The notes beneath the pieces are model-generated. The model was given only the letters and a program-made list of their open reading frames with translations, did no database searches and was not told the DNA's origin. Below are positions 30,449 through 41,289 of a stretch of DNA of 64,000 nt, one piece after another (within the stretch, counting starts at the first letter, position 1; every line of letters begins with the position of its first letter). The stretch is taken from NCBI GenBank assembly GCA_963826715.1, contig CAWGYA010000008.1, positions 1,229,930 through 1,293,929 of the forward strand, in the 5' to 3' direction. Origin of the DNA: Candidatus Bathyarchaeota archaeon (lineage in GTDB: Archaea > Thermoproteota > Bathyarchaeia > Bathyarchaeales > Bathycorpusculaceae). Both the position numbers and the translations under genes were made by a program.

Positions 30449-31948
30449 TTGGGCAATAAATCGATCATAATAATAGGGGCAGGTTTAGCCGGACTATCTA
30501 CAGGATGCTATGCTCAAATGAATGGTTACAAGACCAGAATTTTTGAGATGCAAAACAAACCGGGCGGTGTTTGTGTATCTTGGAAGCGTAAAACTTACTG
30601 TTTTGATTATGCTGCCCACAATGTTTTCGGTGTGTCCACAAACCCTGCTGCCAAAAACATTTTCACAGAGATTTGGCAGGAACTCGGAGCCCTTAAAAAT
30701 ATAGAAGCTTTTAGCTTCAAAGAATTCGTCCAAGTTGAAGATATAAACGGTAAAAAGTTCACCGTTTATACGGATTTAGATGAGCTTGAGAATCATCTAA
30801 CTGAGCTCTCGCCTGGGGACGAGAAACTCATTGGAGAATTCATCAAAACCACAAAGAAGTTCAGTGGGTTTGATATGTTTTCTGCAATGACTGGCGGAGC
30901 AGTCGCCAAATTGAAGATGCTGCCGCTCATGGGCGCTTTTATGAAATATAATAAATTGACAGTCAGTAAATACGCTGAGCAATTCAGAGATCCTTTCTTG
31001 TCTAAAGCGTTTGCCACAATACAGTACGATATTCCTGAGGTGCCAATGTTGGTTCCTATGCTTTTTCTTTCGGTTCAAAGCATCGGCGATGGAGGCTGGC
31101 CTGTAGGAGGTTCTACGGCTTTTTCAAGTAACATCGAGCGGCGGTATTTGGAGTTGGGCGGAGAAGTCACATATAATGTGAGAGTAAAGAAAATAATTGT
31201 TAAGGAAAATACCGCTGTTGGTGTGCAGCTTGACGATGGCTCTGAGCATTATGGGGACATTATTGTTTCTGCCGCTGACGGGTATTCAACAATTTATGCG
31301 ATGTTGGATGGTAAATATATCAATAACGTTATCAATGCCTACTACAAGGCATACCCCAAGATGCAACCTTTTGGTCTTGAAATTTGGTATGGACTAAACA
31401 TGGAATTATCTAGCGAGCCTCATGCTATTGTACGTTTTCTTGAAAATCCTATCATCGTTGAAGGTATTGTTAGGGACCGGCTTGATATTGAAATCTTTAA
31501 TTTTGATCTCTCAATTGCACCAAGTGGGAAAAGTGTAGTTAAGGTTGTAATGGAGTCAAACTATGACTACTGGAAGGCAATTCTGGCAAACCCCAAGGAG
31601 TATAAAGACGAGAAACAGAGGGTTGCAGACTTAATTGCTGTGGAACTTGAAAAACGTTTTCCGGGGCTCAAGAGTCACCTTGAAGTGACTGACGTAGTGA
31701 CCCCGTTATCTGTTGAGCATTGGACTGCCGCCTACCGCGGATGCCAAGCATGGGGGGCGCCAAAAGAACTTCAAAAGGAAGTTGCTAAAAACGGCGTGAG
31801 TAAGACTTTGCCGGGACTTAGCAATTTCTACATGGTGGGTCAATGGGCTGGGGGCACCATTGGGTTAAGCACTGTAAGTCTCATGGGCCGTGATTTGGTG
31901 CGTAAAATCTGTAGAGAAGATGACAAGGAATTTGGTTCAACAACGTGA
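30449..31948 (+). CDS. phytoene desaturase-like FAD-dependent oxidoreductase
   Basis: IIGAGLAGL..E....PGG, WPVGGS, DVVTP, FYMVGQW. Confidence 0.88.
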   Translation: MGNKSIIIIGAGLAGLSTGCYAQMNGYKTRIFEMQNKPGGVCVSWKRKTYCFDYAAHNVFGVSTNPAAKNIFTEIWQELGALKNIEAFSFKEFVQVEDINGKKFTVYTDLDELENHLTELSPGDEKLIGEFIKTTKKFSGFDMFSAMTGGAVAKLKMLPLMGAFMKYNKLTVSKYAEQFRDPFLSKAFATIQYDIPEVPMLVPMLFLSVQSIGDGGWPVGGSTAFSSNIERRYLELGGEVTYNVRVKKIIVKENTAVGVQLDDGSEHYGDIIVSAADGYSTIYAMLDGKYINNVINAYYKAYPKMQPFGLEIWYGLNMELSSEPHAIVRFLENPIIVEGIVRDRLDIEIFNFDLSIAPSGKSVVKVVMESNYDYWKAILANPKEYKDEKQRVADLIAVELEKRFPGLKSHLEVTDVVTPLSVEHWTAAYRGCQAWGAPKELQKEVAKNGVSKTLPGLSNFYMVGQWAGGTIGLSTVSLMGRDLVRKICREDDKEFGSTT

Positions 31949-32152
31949 TAAGTGCTAATATGGGTTCTGCTCAAGTCCTATTAGCAAAAAGTCTTCTCAA
32001 CTCTCTGTTTATTCCTTTTTAATAGAAGAAATGACTTGGTGGGGGGTTGCTTCTTCTTCTTCTATATCGCATTATTGAGGTGAAATATAGTATCAAAATG
32101 TTGATTTTGTACAACTTTGTTTTAGAAAGTCTTTCTTCTTTGGGTTTGATTA

Positions 32153-32545
32153 TTAGTGGAGGGCTAAGCTTAGTGTTATTACAACTACAACAAAGAGTGT
32201 AATCAAAACGTATTTTCTGTTTTTCTCCCATGCAAAATAGATGAACGAAGTTACTGCGCGAATATATGGAGTTAAAATTAGAATAATCAAACCCAATGTC
32301 ATGAAAAACAAAGCGTTTTCAGAGACAACTGGTGCTTGAATTTTATCCAAAATGAAGGCAAAAAAATTTTCGCCTTTGATAAAAAAGTTTGAAGTTTGGG
32401 AAATCTGTAGATTACCATAAGTGCCAAAATAGAGCCAAATTCCGATTGCTTCTAATGCTACACTTATTGTTACGCCGAATATGAGCAAGTAGCTTATGAT
32501 GGTTTCTATTTTAGTGTCCCCGCTGCTTAAGCTTTCTTTTGTCAT
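32153..32545 (-). CDS. DUF1634 family membrane protein
   Basis: IS.LL..GV, GLIILILTPYIR; typical partner downstream of TauE. Confidence 0.8.
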   Translation of the reverse strand: MTKESLSSGDTKIETIISYLLIFGVTISVALEAIGIWLYFGTYGNLQISQTSNFFIKGENFFAFILDKIQAPVVSENALFFMTLGLIILILTPYIRAVTSFIYFAWEKNRKYVLITLFVVVVITLSLALH

Positions 32546-33372
32546 AATGTCGTCACTCCCTTGTAGATCATTTGAATGATCAATACGGTAACTATGGCTA
32601 GAAAGAGTATGCGTAGATGCCTATCGTGTATTCTGTTTAGTATACGTCCGCCGAGAACTGAGCCTATCGTTGCGCCGATCGCCATTGGTGCCATTAAAGT
32701 CAGATTTAAAAGACCTGAAAACAAGTAAACGCTGACACCTGCTAGTGCGGTCATGCCTATTACCAGGTTGCTAGTTGCGCTGGAAACTTTCGCTGGGACC
32801 TTAAGCACTTTTTCATGCACTATAACTTTGAAGGCTCCTGCACCTATTCCAAGCATCCCTGCAGCTAAACCTGCGACTATCATGCCGAGTCCCCCCAGGA
32901 AAGCGCGGGTGACTTTGTATTCTACATGTTTGTTTTTTGCGCGGTCAAAGTATCTGCCCTCTAGTTTTAACCACCTTGAAATTTTATCCTGCGTTATAGG
33001 TGATGTGTAGTCCTCTTTTAGGCTGCTTCGGATGTTTACAAAGGAAGTGAGCAGGAAGGCTGCGAAGAGAAAGTAGAGGAATACCGGTGCTATTATGACG
33101 GTTATGGTTGCACCTATGATGGCGCCGATTATGGTGAACATTTCAAGGTACATAGCCAAGCGTATGTTGGCTATTCGTTCACGGACAAATGCAGATGCGG
33201 AACCGCTGGAGGTAGCGATTATTGCTACCATGCCGCATGCTACGGCAACTTTAATGTCAACTCCGAATAGAACTAGAATTGGAATAAGAATACTAGCGCC
33301 CCCAAGCCCTGTCAGTGATCCCAAAAAACCCACAGCTATTGAAATTAGAAGCAGCGTAATCATATCTATCAT
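32542..33372 (-). CDS. TauE/SafE (TSUP) family sulfite exporter
   Basis: GSLTGLGG...P, IATSSGSA, GMLGIGAGAFKV, SATSN. Confidence 0.9.
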   Translation of the reverse strand: MIDMITLLLISIAVGFLGSLTGLGGASILIPILVLFGVDIKVAVACGMVAIIATSSGSASAFVRERIANIRLAMYLEMFTIIGAIIGATITVIIAPVFLYFLFAAFLLTSFVNIRSSLKEDYTSPITQDKISRWLKLEGRYFDRAKNKHVEYKVTRAFLGGLGMIVAGLAAGMLGIGAGAFKVIVHEKVLKVPAKVSSATSNLVIGMTALAGVSVYLFSGLLNLTLMAPMAIGATIGSVLGGRILNRIHDRHLRILFLAIVTVLIIQMIYKGVTTL

Positions 33373-33543
33373 GCGCCATCCTCCATTGCACAAGGAAGAG
33401 GTGTCGGGCTATTAAATTGCTTCTTATACTGTCCAGTGACTTAGCATTCATTTTGGTTTAATAATTATCGTTTTTGAAGCTGAAACGGGCGCTGGGAAAG
33501 CATATTAGCTTGACATGTTCATGTTTAGGTCTGAGACAACACT

Positions 33544-33954
33544 ATGAAGAAAGTTTTCATTTCAGGTCCTATTATTGGAATGGAAAAAGAGCAGGATTAT
33601 CGAAAAATTATCACAAACATTTGTCAGGCCCTTGACTATGAAGTTATCGACCCGTGGAAACGCGAGCGGGTCCTCTACAACGGTACAGAGGAATGCTGGT
33701 GGGACAAAGTACCATCGTTTGATTTTGTGCAGCGAGACCTAGACGATGCAGATCGATGCGACATTATGGTAGTGTACCTGCCAATTCTATCCGCCGGTGC
33801 TTGCATGGAAATGTTCTATGCTAAACGCAATGGAAAAATAATTATTATTGTCTCACCCCTAAAATGTCTTAGTCCATGGATAGTTTTCCATTCTAACGTC
33901 ATTATTACGGATTTTAGCCAGCTTGAAGATGCCCTAAAAAGTTGCAGTAATTAA
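33544..33954 (+). CDS. nucleoside 2-deoxyribosyltransferase-like protein
   Basis: VFISGP, DPW, RDL...CD, SAGACME..YA, SPW. Confidence 0.75.
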   Translation: MKKVFISGPIIGMEKEQDYRKIITNICQALDYEVIDPWKRERVLYNGTEECWWDKVPSFDFVQRDLDDADRCDIMVVYLPILSAGACMEMFYAKRNGKIIIIVSPLKCLSPWIVFHSNVIITDFSQLEDALKSCSN

Positions 33955-34014
33955 TGTTTTTGGTGCAAACCTAAAGTCAGTTAAGTCTACATAAAATAGC
34001 ATTTAGGTATTCCA

Positions 34015-34572
34015 ATGGATGCATTAACAATTATATTGATCGCAGTCGGTTTAGCACTGGATGCTCTGGCAATTTCCATAGCAAACGGCATGGTGGCTAC
34101 AGCAAATCGTAGGCAATCTGCGTTTTTGATGGCGATTTTTTTTGGGGGCTTTCAGATGTTAATGCCAATCGTTGGTTGGGCCAGTGGTATGCTGTTTCAA
34201 ACAGTTGTTATGGCTCTGGACCACTGGATAGCGTTTGGGTTACTGGCTTTTATTGGTGCAAAAATGATTTATGATGGCTTAAAAGTGCAAGCAGAAAAGG
34301 TCGCTTCAGACTTGCGACTACAAACGTTGTTAGTTTTAGCGGTTGCCACAAGCATTGATGCTTTGATGGTTGGATTTAGTTTTGCGTTTCTTCAAAGCGA
34401 AATTTTGTTACCCATTGCAGTTATTGGTTTAGTCACGTTTGGGCTTTCATTTGTAGGATTCTACTTTGGTTGCGGACTCGGTAAGTATTTTGGTCACAGA
34501 ATTAAAATCGTAGGTGGAATCGGGCTGGTTCTTATTGGCTTGAAGATTCTGCTTGAGCATCTGGTCGCTTAA
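34015..34572 (+). CDS. mntP: manganese efflux pump MntP
   Basis: GLALDA, FGGFQ..MP, DHWIAF, ATSIDAL. Confidence 0.9.
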   Translation: MDALTIILIAVGLALDALAISIANGMVATANRRQSAFLMAIFFGGFQMLMPIVGWASGMLFQTVVMALDHWIAFGLLAFIGAKMIYDGLKVQAEKVASDLRLQTLLVLAVATSIDALMVGFSFAFLQSEILLPIAVIGLVTFGLSFVGFYFGCGLGKYFGHRIKIVGGIGLVLIGLKILLEHLVA

Positions 34573-36184
34573 AATATCGTGTTTTAGGATTGAATTCTTC
34601 TCGGACCTGCATTTGGCGACGTTTGCGGTTGTAACCCAGCGAGAAGTCATGGGTGGCATCGCGGATTTTTCTCAGCAAAAGCATCATACGGCTGTTTCTG
34701 TCAAAGACATAGGGCACTGGTTCATTGGGAAAGTAGATTTCTTCGCGTTCCTTCGCTAGCCCAATCAACGGAACTTGCAGTGCCAGTTTTTGGAGGGCAT
34801 TTTTAGCTGAGGTGACTTGCCCTAGTCCCCCATCAATGACAATGAGGTTGGGAAGAGGATTCTTTTCTTCAAGTTGCCGCTTGTATCTACGCAATACGAC
34901 CTCGTTAACGGCGGCGAAGTCATCCTGCCCAACAAATGACTTAATTTTGAATTTGCGGTAATTCTTTTTGTCGGGTTTCCCATCTCTGAAGCTTACCATT
35001 CCCGAAACCACATGCTCCGTGCCAAGATTGGATATGTCAAAGCACTCAATTAGTCGTGGCAAAGTGGACAAGTTGAGATTGTTTTGTAAATCGAATAGTG
35101 CGCTGTCAAAGTCAAGGTTTGATTCGAGGTTTTTCTCTGCCAGTTTTACCAGTGCCAATTTGTCTGCGCGTCGTGGAATAGTCAGTGAAACAGGTGCAAG
35201 CCTCTTAGCGGAAAGGAATTCCTCAAGCGCTTTCTTTTCTCCGGTGCTTTGCCAGTACGGCTTATTGAGCAGGATTTCCCTTGGGATCCGATTTGTAGTG
35301 TAGTACGCTTTCAAAAATTCCTCCTCGACTTGCGGCTGCAAATCTACTGTAAACTCCTTTTTGCCCAAAAGTACGCCTTTACGCACGCCCATTTGCACTG
35401 CATGCACCTTTTCGCCAACTCTCCGGAATACCAAAACATCCTGATCAAAGCGACGTTCGTTGTCCACGATTTGCCGCTGAGTTACAAGTCGAATCGAAGC
35501 AATCTGGTTGCGTAGCTCCAAGGCGTTTTCATATTGTTGGTTCTGGGATGCAGCCTGCATCTTTTGGTTTAGCTCTGCCATTGTTGTCTCATAGTTTCCG
35601 CCAAGAAAGCTCCTTGCCTGTTGTACCTGCTCGGCATACTCTTCGGCGGTGACTTTTCTGTCGCAGGGGGCAGTGCAGAGGTGGATGTGGTAGTTAAGAC
35701 AGGGTCGTTTGTGGAGGTTTTTGCATGTGCGGAGTTTGAAGACTTTGACGACAAGGCGTTGGAGGTCTTGGCGAGTGTAGCCATCGGTGAAAGGACCAAA
35801 AGATTCGAGTTTGCGGCTGACTTTGCGGCTCATCATGAGGCGCGGGAAAGCTTCGCGTGTTAGGGCAATGTACGCGTATGTTTTAGCGTCTTTAAGGTTT
35901 ATGTTGTATTTTGGGGTGTGCTGTTTGATGAGTTTGTTTTCTAGCAGCAGCGCCTCAACTTCATTGTTGACTATGACCCAGTCAATGCTTCGGATATGAA
36001 TTACCAGTTGCCGTGTCTTGATTGGGTGATCATTGTTGGAAAAATAGCTTTTCACTCTTGAGCGCAGGTTCTTGGCTTTGCCCACATATATGATTTCGTC
36101 TTGCCAGTCACGGTATATGTAGACGCCTGGGTCAGTTGGTATGTTGTTGGCTTTGAAGTCTTGAGGACTGCTTATTTTTATCAT
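34532..36184 (-). CDS. uvrC: excinuclease ABC subunit C (no C-terminal HhH domain)
   Basis: GIY-YIG PGVY...YVGKAKNL..R, EALLLE, Cys cluster, UVR domain, ECFDISN, DDFA, IDGG.GQ. Confidence 0.95.
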   Translation of the reverse strand: MIKISSPQDFKANNIPTDPGVYIYRDWQDEIIYVGKAKNLRSRVKSYFSNNDHPIKTRQLVIHIRSIDWVIVNNEVEALLLENKLIKQHTPKYNINLKDAKTYAYIALTREAFPRLMMSRKVSRKLESFGPFTDGYTRQDLQRLVVKVFKLRTCKNLHKRPCLNYHIHLCTAPCDRKVTAEEYAEQVQQARSFLGGNYETTMAELNQKMQAASQNQQYENALELRNQIASIRLVTQRQIVDNERRFDQDVLVFRRVGEKVHAVQMGVRKGVLLGKKEFTVDLQPQVEEEFLKAYYTTNRIPREILLNKPYWQSTGEKKALEEFLSAKRLAPVSLTIPRRADKLALVKLAEKNLESNLDFDSALFDLQNNLNLSTLPRLIECFDISNLGTEHVVSGMVSFRDGKPDKKNYRKFKIKSFVGQDDFAAVNEVVLRRYKRQLEEKNPLPNLIVIDGGLGQVTSAKNALQKLALQVPLIGLAKEREEIYFPNEPVPYVFDRNSRMMLLLRKIRDATHDFSLGYNRKRRQMQVREEFNPKTRYFKRPDAQAESSSQ

Positions 36185-39084
36185 GTAGGCTGCTTCACTG
36201 TCAAACTAATCTCTTCTTTTGGGAGGTTAAGAATTTTCTGCAAAAACATCCCAGTGTAGCTTTGGTTGTTTCCTGCAACTTCCTCGGGTGTGCCTTCCGC
36301 TAAGAGTTCACCGCCAGCTGCGCCACCTTCGGGTCCCAAATCAATGAGGTAGTCGCAGCTTTTGATTACGTCGAGGTTGTGTTCAATGATATAAACAGTG
36401 TTGTCATTATCGACGAGGCGGTTGAGTACGCGGATAAGCCGTTTAGTGTCATCGAAATGTAAGCCAGTTGTGGGTTCATCAAGCATGTAAACCACGTGGC
36501 CTGATTTGTGTTTGCTGAGTTCACGAGTGATTTTGATGCGCTGGCTTTCGCCGCCCGATAATGTCGTGGAGCTTTGCCCTAGTTTAATGTAGCCCAATCC
36601 CACATCAAGCAGCGTCTGCAGTTTACGTGCTACACGCGGCGTGTTTTCAAAGAATTTGGCAGCTTCCTCGACTGTCATATCAAGGATCTCAGCGATATTC
36701 TTTCCTTTGTAGAGCACTGCAATAGTTTCTTTATTGTATCGTTTACCTTTGCATTCACTACACTGCACATAAACATCAGGCAAAAAATTCATTTCTATAC
36801 GCAAAACACCGTCGCCTTGGCAGGTTTCGCATCTGCCGCCCTTTACATTAAAGCTGAATCTACCCTGTTTGTATCCTCGGGCTTTTGCTTCTTTGGTGGA
36901 TGCGAATATGCTACGGATTTCGTCGAAGAGTTTGGTGTAGGTGGCGGGGTTGCTGCGTGGCGTGCGCCCGATGGGGTCTTGGTCAATGACTATAACATTG
37001 CGCACGACGCTTGGCACTTCGAGTTCTTCGTGTTTGCCGACTTTGTCCACTTGCTCGCTGAATATTTGTCGTAGAGCAGGGATAACTGTGAGGTTCATGA
37101 GTGTGCTTTTGCCTGAACCCGAAACGCCTGTGATGCCGCAGAGTACTCCGAGTGGCAGCTGGAGGTTGAGGTGTTTAAGGTTGTTTTCTTGTGCACCTTT
37201 GACGCCTATATATTCAACGGGGCTGCGGCGAGTTGTGGGTACTTCGATTTTGAGTTCGCCGGAGAGGTACTTACCCGTTAAACTTCGGGTGTTCGCCATC
37301 ACCTCGGCAGGTGAGCCTTCTGCGACGACGTGGCCGCCATGAACGCCAGCACCTGGACCCATATCCACAATGTAGTCAGCATGTCGCATTGTGTCTTCAT
37401 CGTGTTCCACCACAATTAGGGTGTTGCCAAGGTTCCGAAGCCGTTGCAGTGTGCTGATGAGTTTGGCGTTGTCGCGTTGATGTAGACCGATGCTGGGTTC
37501 ATCCAGGATGTAGAGAACGCCCATGAGGTTGCTCCCAATCTGTGTAGCTAAGCGGATTCGTTGCGCTTCGCCACCTGATAGTGTTTTTGCTGCACGAGAT
37601 AATGACAAATAGCCTAAGCCTACGTTTTTTAGAAATCCCAATCGCTCATTGATTTCTTTAAGTACCTGTTTAGCAATCAGTAGCTCCTTATCATTTAATT
37701 GTGATGGAAGCTTCTGGAAGAAATCTACAGACTCTTCAATTGAGAGGTCGGTTACGTCAATGATGCTTTTAGCCAGAATTTGTACTGCGAGCACGACGGG
37801 TTGGAGTTTTTTGCCGTGACAGGCGTTACAGAGGCGTGCAGTCATGAATTTTTCTATGTCTTCTTTGCGCCATTCGCTTTCAGTTTGTCGATACAGACGC
37901 ATGGTTTGGGGTATAACGCCCTCCCAGCCGTCTCGCATCCACATGGTAGCGCCGTTTGACCAGTTGCCATTAATGGGTTCGCGATCGCCATAAAGCATAA
38001 CTTGTAGCTGCTGCTCAGTGAAGTCTTTGATGGGCGTGAAAACGTCAAAGCCATATTTTCTTCCCACCGTAGCAAGTTGCTGTGCCCGCCAACTTAAATC
38101 CATGGTACTCTTGTAAACTGCCAATGCACCATCCATGATGGAGAGGTTCTTGTTGGGTATGACTTTGTCCGGTGTTACTTCAGTGATTTCGCCTAAACCG
38201 TGACAGACTGGGCACGCGCCGAATGGTGAGTTGAAGCTAAACATGCGTGGTTCAAGGCTCTCAAATACTATTTCTGGGTGGTTTGGGCAGGCACCGAAGG
38301 TGCTATACATTGTTTCGCCTTCGAAGCGTTCTAGTTCTTTCTTTTTGTCTACGTCACTATTAACGGCGTCAATGACTATCATGGTGCCCTTGCCCATTTT
38401 TAATGCACTCTCGACTGCTTCGGCTATACGTGACCTCTCTTCATCGGAAATGGTAACGGTGTCTATGACAGCTTCTATCCAGTGCTTCTCGTAACGCACT
38501 AGTTTGACTTCTTCTTTGATGTGATCAGTTTCGTAGATTTTTTGGTCTACGCGAATTTTGTTGTACCCTTCCTTTTTGAGGTCATCGAAGACTTGTTCAT
38601 GGGTTCCTTTCATGCCGCGTATTATCGGAGCTAGAAACACAAGGCGTTTGTTCTTATCGGACATTATGAGGCTACTGATGTTTTCGGCACTCTGCGGGTG
38701 GATACTGCTGCCGCATTTGGGGCAGTGATGCGTTCCGACCCGTGCATATAAAAGCCGCAGATAATCGTAGATTTCGGTGACTGTGCCTACTGTTGACCGG
38801 GGGTTTTTGCTGGTACTCTTCTGCTCGATGCTTATTGCAGGTGAGAGCCCTTCGATTGAATCCACGTCTGGCTTATCCATTAATCCCAAGAATTGGCGTG
38901 CATAGGCAGAGAGGCTTTCCACGTAGCGGCGTTGTCCCTCGGCGTAGATGGTGTCAAATGCCAATGTGGATTTCCCAGAGCCGGAGAGCCCAGTAATCAC
39001 TATCAACTTGTTTCGGGGCAACTCTAAATCAATATTTTTTAGATTGTGTTCCCGTGCACCTTTAATGGATATGTTGTCACGCAT
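36181..39084 (-). CDS. uvrA: excinuclease ABC subunit A
   Basis: GAREHNLK, GLSGSGKS, LSGGEAQRI, GVSGSGKS, LSGGESQR. Confidence 0.98.
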   Translation of the reverse strand: MRDNISIKGAREHNLKNIDLELPRNKLIVITGLSGSGKSTLAFDTIYAEGQRRYVESLSAYARQFLGLMDKPDVDSIEGLSPAISIEQKSTSKNPRSTVGTVTEIYDYLRLLYARVGTHHCPKCGSSIHPQSAENISSLIMSDKNKRLVFLAPIIRGMKGTHEQVFDDLKKEGYNKIRVDQKIYETDHIKEEVKLVRYEKHWIEAVIDTVTISDEERSRIAEAVESALKMGKGTMIVIDAVNSDVDKKKELERFEGETMYSTFGACPNHPEIVFESLEPRMFSFNSPFGACPVCHGLGEITEVTPDKVIPNKNLSIMDGALAVYKSTMDLSWRAQQLATVGRKYGFDVFTPIKDFTEQQLQVMLYGDREPINGNWSNGATMWMRDGWEGVIPQTMRLYRQTESEWRKEDIEKFMTARLCNACHGKKLQPVVLAVQILAKSIIDVTDLSIEESVDFFQKLPSQLNDKELLIAKQVLKEINERLGFLKNVGLGYLSLSRAAKTLSGGEAQRIRLATQIGSNLMGVLYILDEPSIGLHQRDNAKLISTLQRLRNLGNTLIVVEHDEDTMRHADYIVDMGPGAGVHGGHVVAEGSPAEVMANTRSLTGKYLSGELKIEVPTTRRSPVEYIGVKGAQENNLKHLNLQLPLGVLCGITGVSGSGKSTLMNLTVIPALRQIFSEQVDKVGKHEELEVPSVVRNVIVIDQDPIGRTPRSNPATYTKLFDEIRSIFASTKEAKARGYKQGRFSFNVKGGRCETCQGDGVLRIEMNFLPDVYVQCSECKGKRYNKETIAVLYKGKNIAEILDMTVEEAAKFFENTPRVARKLQTLLDVGLGYIKLGQSSTTLSGGESQRIKITRELSKHKSGHVVYMLDEPTTGLHFDDTKRLIRVLNRLVDNDNTVYIIEHNLDVIKSCDYLIDLGPEGGAAGGELLAEGTPEEVAGNNQSYTGMFLQKILNLPKEEISLTVKQPT

Positions 39085-39163
39085 GAGCTACTTTTTTCCC
39101 TTCTTCAAATGTGGGTTTACCTTGTTTTTATTTGAAAGATTAGAACCTTTTTGTACAGAACTC

Positions 39164-41122
39164 CTAAATTTTTGGGCTATTAGCCTCATTTTCTACTTTG
39201 TGGTCCAATGCTTTCTGCATCTCAGCAATCGCATCGCGGAACTTTATGGCTTTTTCAAAGTCCAATTTCTCGGCGGCTTCCCGCATCTTTGCATCCATCT
39301 CGATGATTTGCCGTCTCATGTCGGATTTGGGCAGGTGTTTTGTACCTTTAATCACGTTTTCTTTTTGCGATACGCTTTTGATGATTGTTTTAGGTGTGAT
39401 ACCATGTTTTTGGTTGTATCGTTTCTGGACGCTACGACGGTAATATGTGATTTCCATGGCGCGTTTGATGGATTGGGTTTGTTTGTCCGCATAGAGGATG
39501 ACTTTGCCGTTGACATTACGTGCAGCTCGCCCGATTGTCTGGATTAAGCTACGTTCGTCGCGCAGAAAGCCTTCTTTGTCGGCATCAAGGATGAAAATGG
39601 TGGCAACTTCCGGGAGGTCTAAGCCTTCACGGAGAAGATTGATTCCGACTAGGATATCAAAGTCCCCTATCCTTAGCTGCCTCAATAGCTCAATGCGATC
39701 AAGACTCTCGATTTCGCTGTGCATGTAGCGTACACGGAAGCCCTCCTTAGAGAGATAATCTGCTAAATCCTCTGCCATCAGCTTAGTGAGGGTAGTAACT
39801 AAGACGCGTTCGCCCCTTGCAATCGTTTTTTTAGCTTCCGTCATAAGATGTTGCATCTGTCCCTCAATGGGGTGCATCTCAACTTCAGGGTCCAAAAGTC
39901 CCGTAGGTCTTGTGATTAATTCGACTGGGACTCCGCTTTTTTGTAATTCGTATTCGGCGGGAGTAGCTGAAACAAAAAGGACCTTACCCATTTTCCGTTC
40001 GAATTCGTCGAATTTCAACGGGCGATTATCTAATGCGCTAGGGAGGCGAAAACCGAAGTCAACTAGATTCTTTTTGCGGCTGTAGTCACCATTGTACATA
40101 GCCCGAGCTTGGGGGATAGTCTGATGGCTTTCGTCGATAATTAGCAAAAAGTCCTTTGGGAAGTAATCTATTAGAGTAAACGGCGGCTCACCGGGTCGGC
40201 GTCCGTCAAAATGACGACTGTAGTTCTCCATTCCCGCACAGAAGCCAACTTCCTTAATCATCTCCAAATCATAGTTGGTACGTTGCTTAAGTCTATGCGC
40301 CTCTAAAGGGGGAAGGTCAATCAGACGTTCACGGAGTTCCTGTTTGATATGTTCAAGGGCAAGGGCATGCTTCTCTTCAGGAACCACATACTGGCGTGCT
40401 GGGTAGAGCGTGAGCTTGTCCACGTAAACCTTTACATCGCCATTTAACAAATTCACTTCTTTAATTTTATTTATGGTGTTACATTCAAGTTCTACACGCA
40501 AAATCGCGCTCTCGTATGAGGGAACTATATCGACAGTGTCGCCGCGAACGCGAAACCTGCCAGGTTCAAGAACCATATCGTTGCGTTCATACTGCATGTC
40601 GACTAGGTCATGGACAAGCTGTTGTCTTGACATGGTTTTGCCCACTTCCAGTTGCGCTGCCATAGCGCGGAAATCTTCAGGGTTACCTAAGCTGTAGATG
40701 CAACTAATCGACGCCACTATTATGGTGTCGTTACGGCTCACTACGCTGGAAACGGCGTGCATACGCATTTTCTCTATTTGGTCATTGACTGTTGAATCTT
40801 TCTCAATGTACATGTCTTGTGCGGGTAAATATGATTCGGGCTGGTAATAATCGTAGAAACTGATGAAGTATTCAACACGGTTATGTGGAAAAAGCGCCTT
40901 TAATTCAGCGTAAAGTTGGGCCGCTAACGTTTTGTTATGCGCCAAAATAAGGGTAGGTTTCTGCAGTTTATTTATTACGTTTGCCATTACGAAGGTTTTG
41001 CCGCTACCTGTTATGCCTAATAGCGTCTGCTTTTTATTGGCTGAGAAGTTCTTGATTAACTGTTTCACTGCGTCTTGCTGCCCTGGCGAGGTTTGGTAAG
41101 GCGCAACGAGTTTAAACTGCAT
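39164..41122 (-). CDS. uvrB: excinuclease ABC subunit B
   Basis: GITGSGKT, YDYYQPE, DESH, NLLREGLD, QTIGRAARN, C-terminal UVR domain. Confidence 0.98.
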   Translation of the reverse strand: MQFKLVAPYQTSPGQQDAVKQLIKNFSANKKQTLLGITGSGKTFVMANVINKLQKPTLILAHNKTLAAQLYAELKALFPHNRVEYFISFYDYYQPESYLPAQDMYIEKDSTVNDQIEKMRMHAVSSVVSRNDTIIVASISCIYSLGNPEDFRAMAAQLEVGKTMSRQQLVHDLVDMQYERNDMVLEPGRFRVRGDTVDIVPSYESAILRVELECNTINKIKEVNLLNGDVKVYVDKLTLYPARQYVVPEEKHALALEHIKQELRERLIDLPPLEAHRLKQRTNYDLEMIKEVGFCAGMENYSRHFDGRRPGEPPFTLIDYFPKDFLLIIDESHQTIPQARAMYNGDYSRKKNLVDFGFRLPSALDNRPLKFDEFERKMGKVLFVSATPAEYELQKSGVPVELITRPTGLLDPEVEMHPIEGQMQHLMTEAKKTIARGERVLVTTLTKLMAEDLADYLSKEGFRVRYMHSEIESLDRIELLRQLRIGDFDILVGINLLREGLDLPEVATIFILDADKEGFLRDERSLIQTIGRAARNVNGKVILYADKQTQSIKRAMEITYYRRSVQKRYNQKHGITPKTIIKSVSQKENVIKGTKHLPKSDMRRQIIEMDAKMREAAEKLDFEKAIKFRDAIAEMQKALDHKVENEANSPKI

Positions 41123-41289
41123 TTTTACTATCTCACTAACGACAAAATGACCCAGCCAAATGAATTAATAAATTTTTGCACGCAATAACAAAAATTCAGA
41201 GTTAGAGACTTCGAGCAAAAACGACTATTGTGGTGCTATGCTAGTTATTAAAAGTATTAAGAAATCTAAATTAAAAAGAAAAAGTTAGT

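Noticed and set aside
38948-39547. 199-aa plus-strand ORF and similar antisense ORFs in uvr, trp, hem and radA
   Set aside because: Shadows of well-supported genes on the opposite strand.
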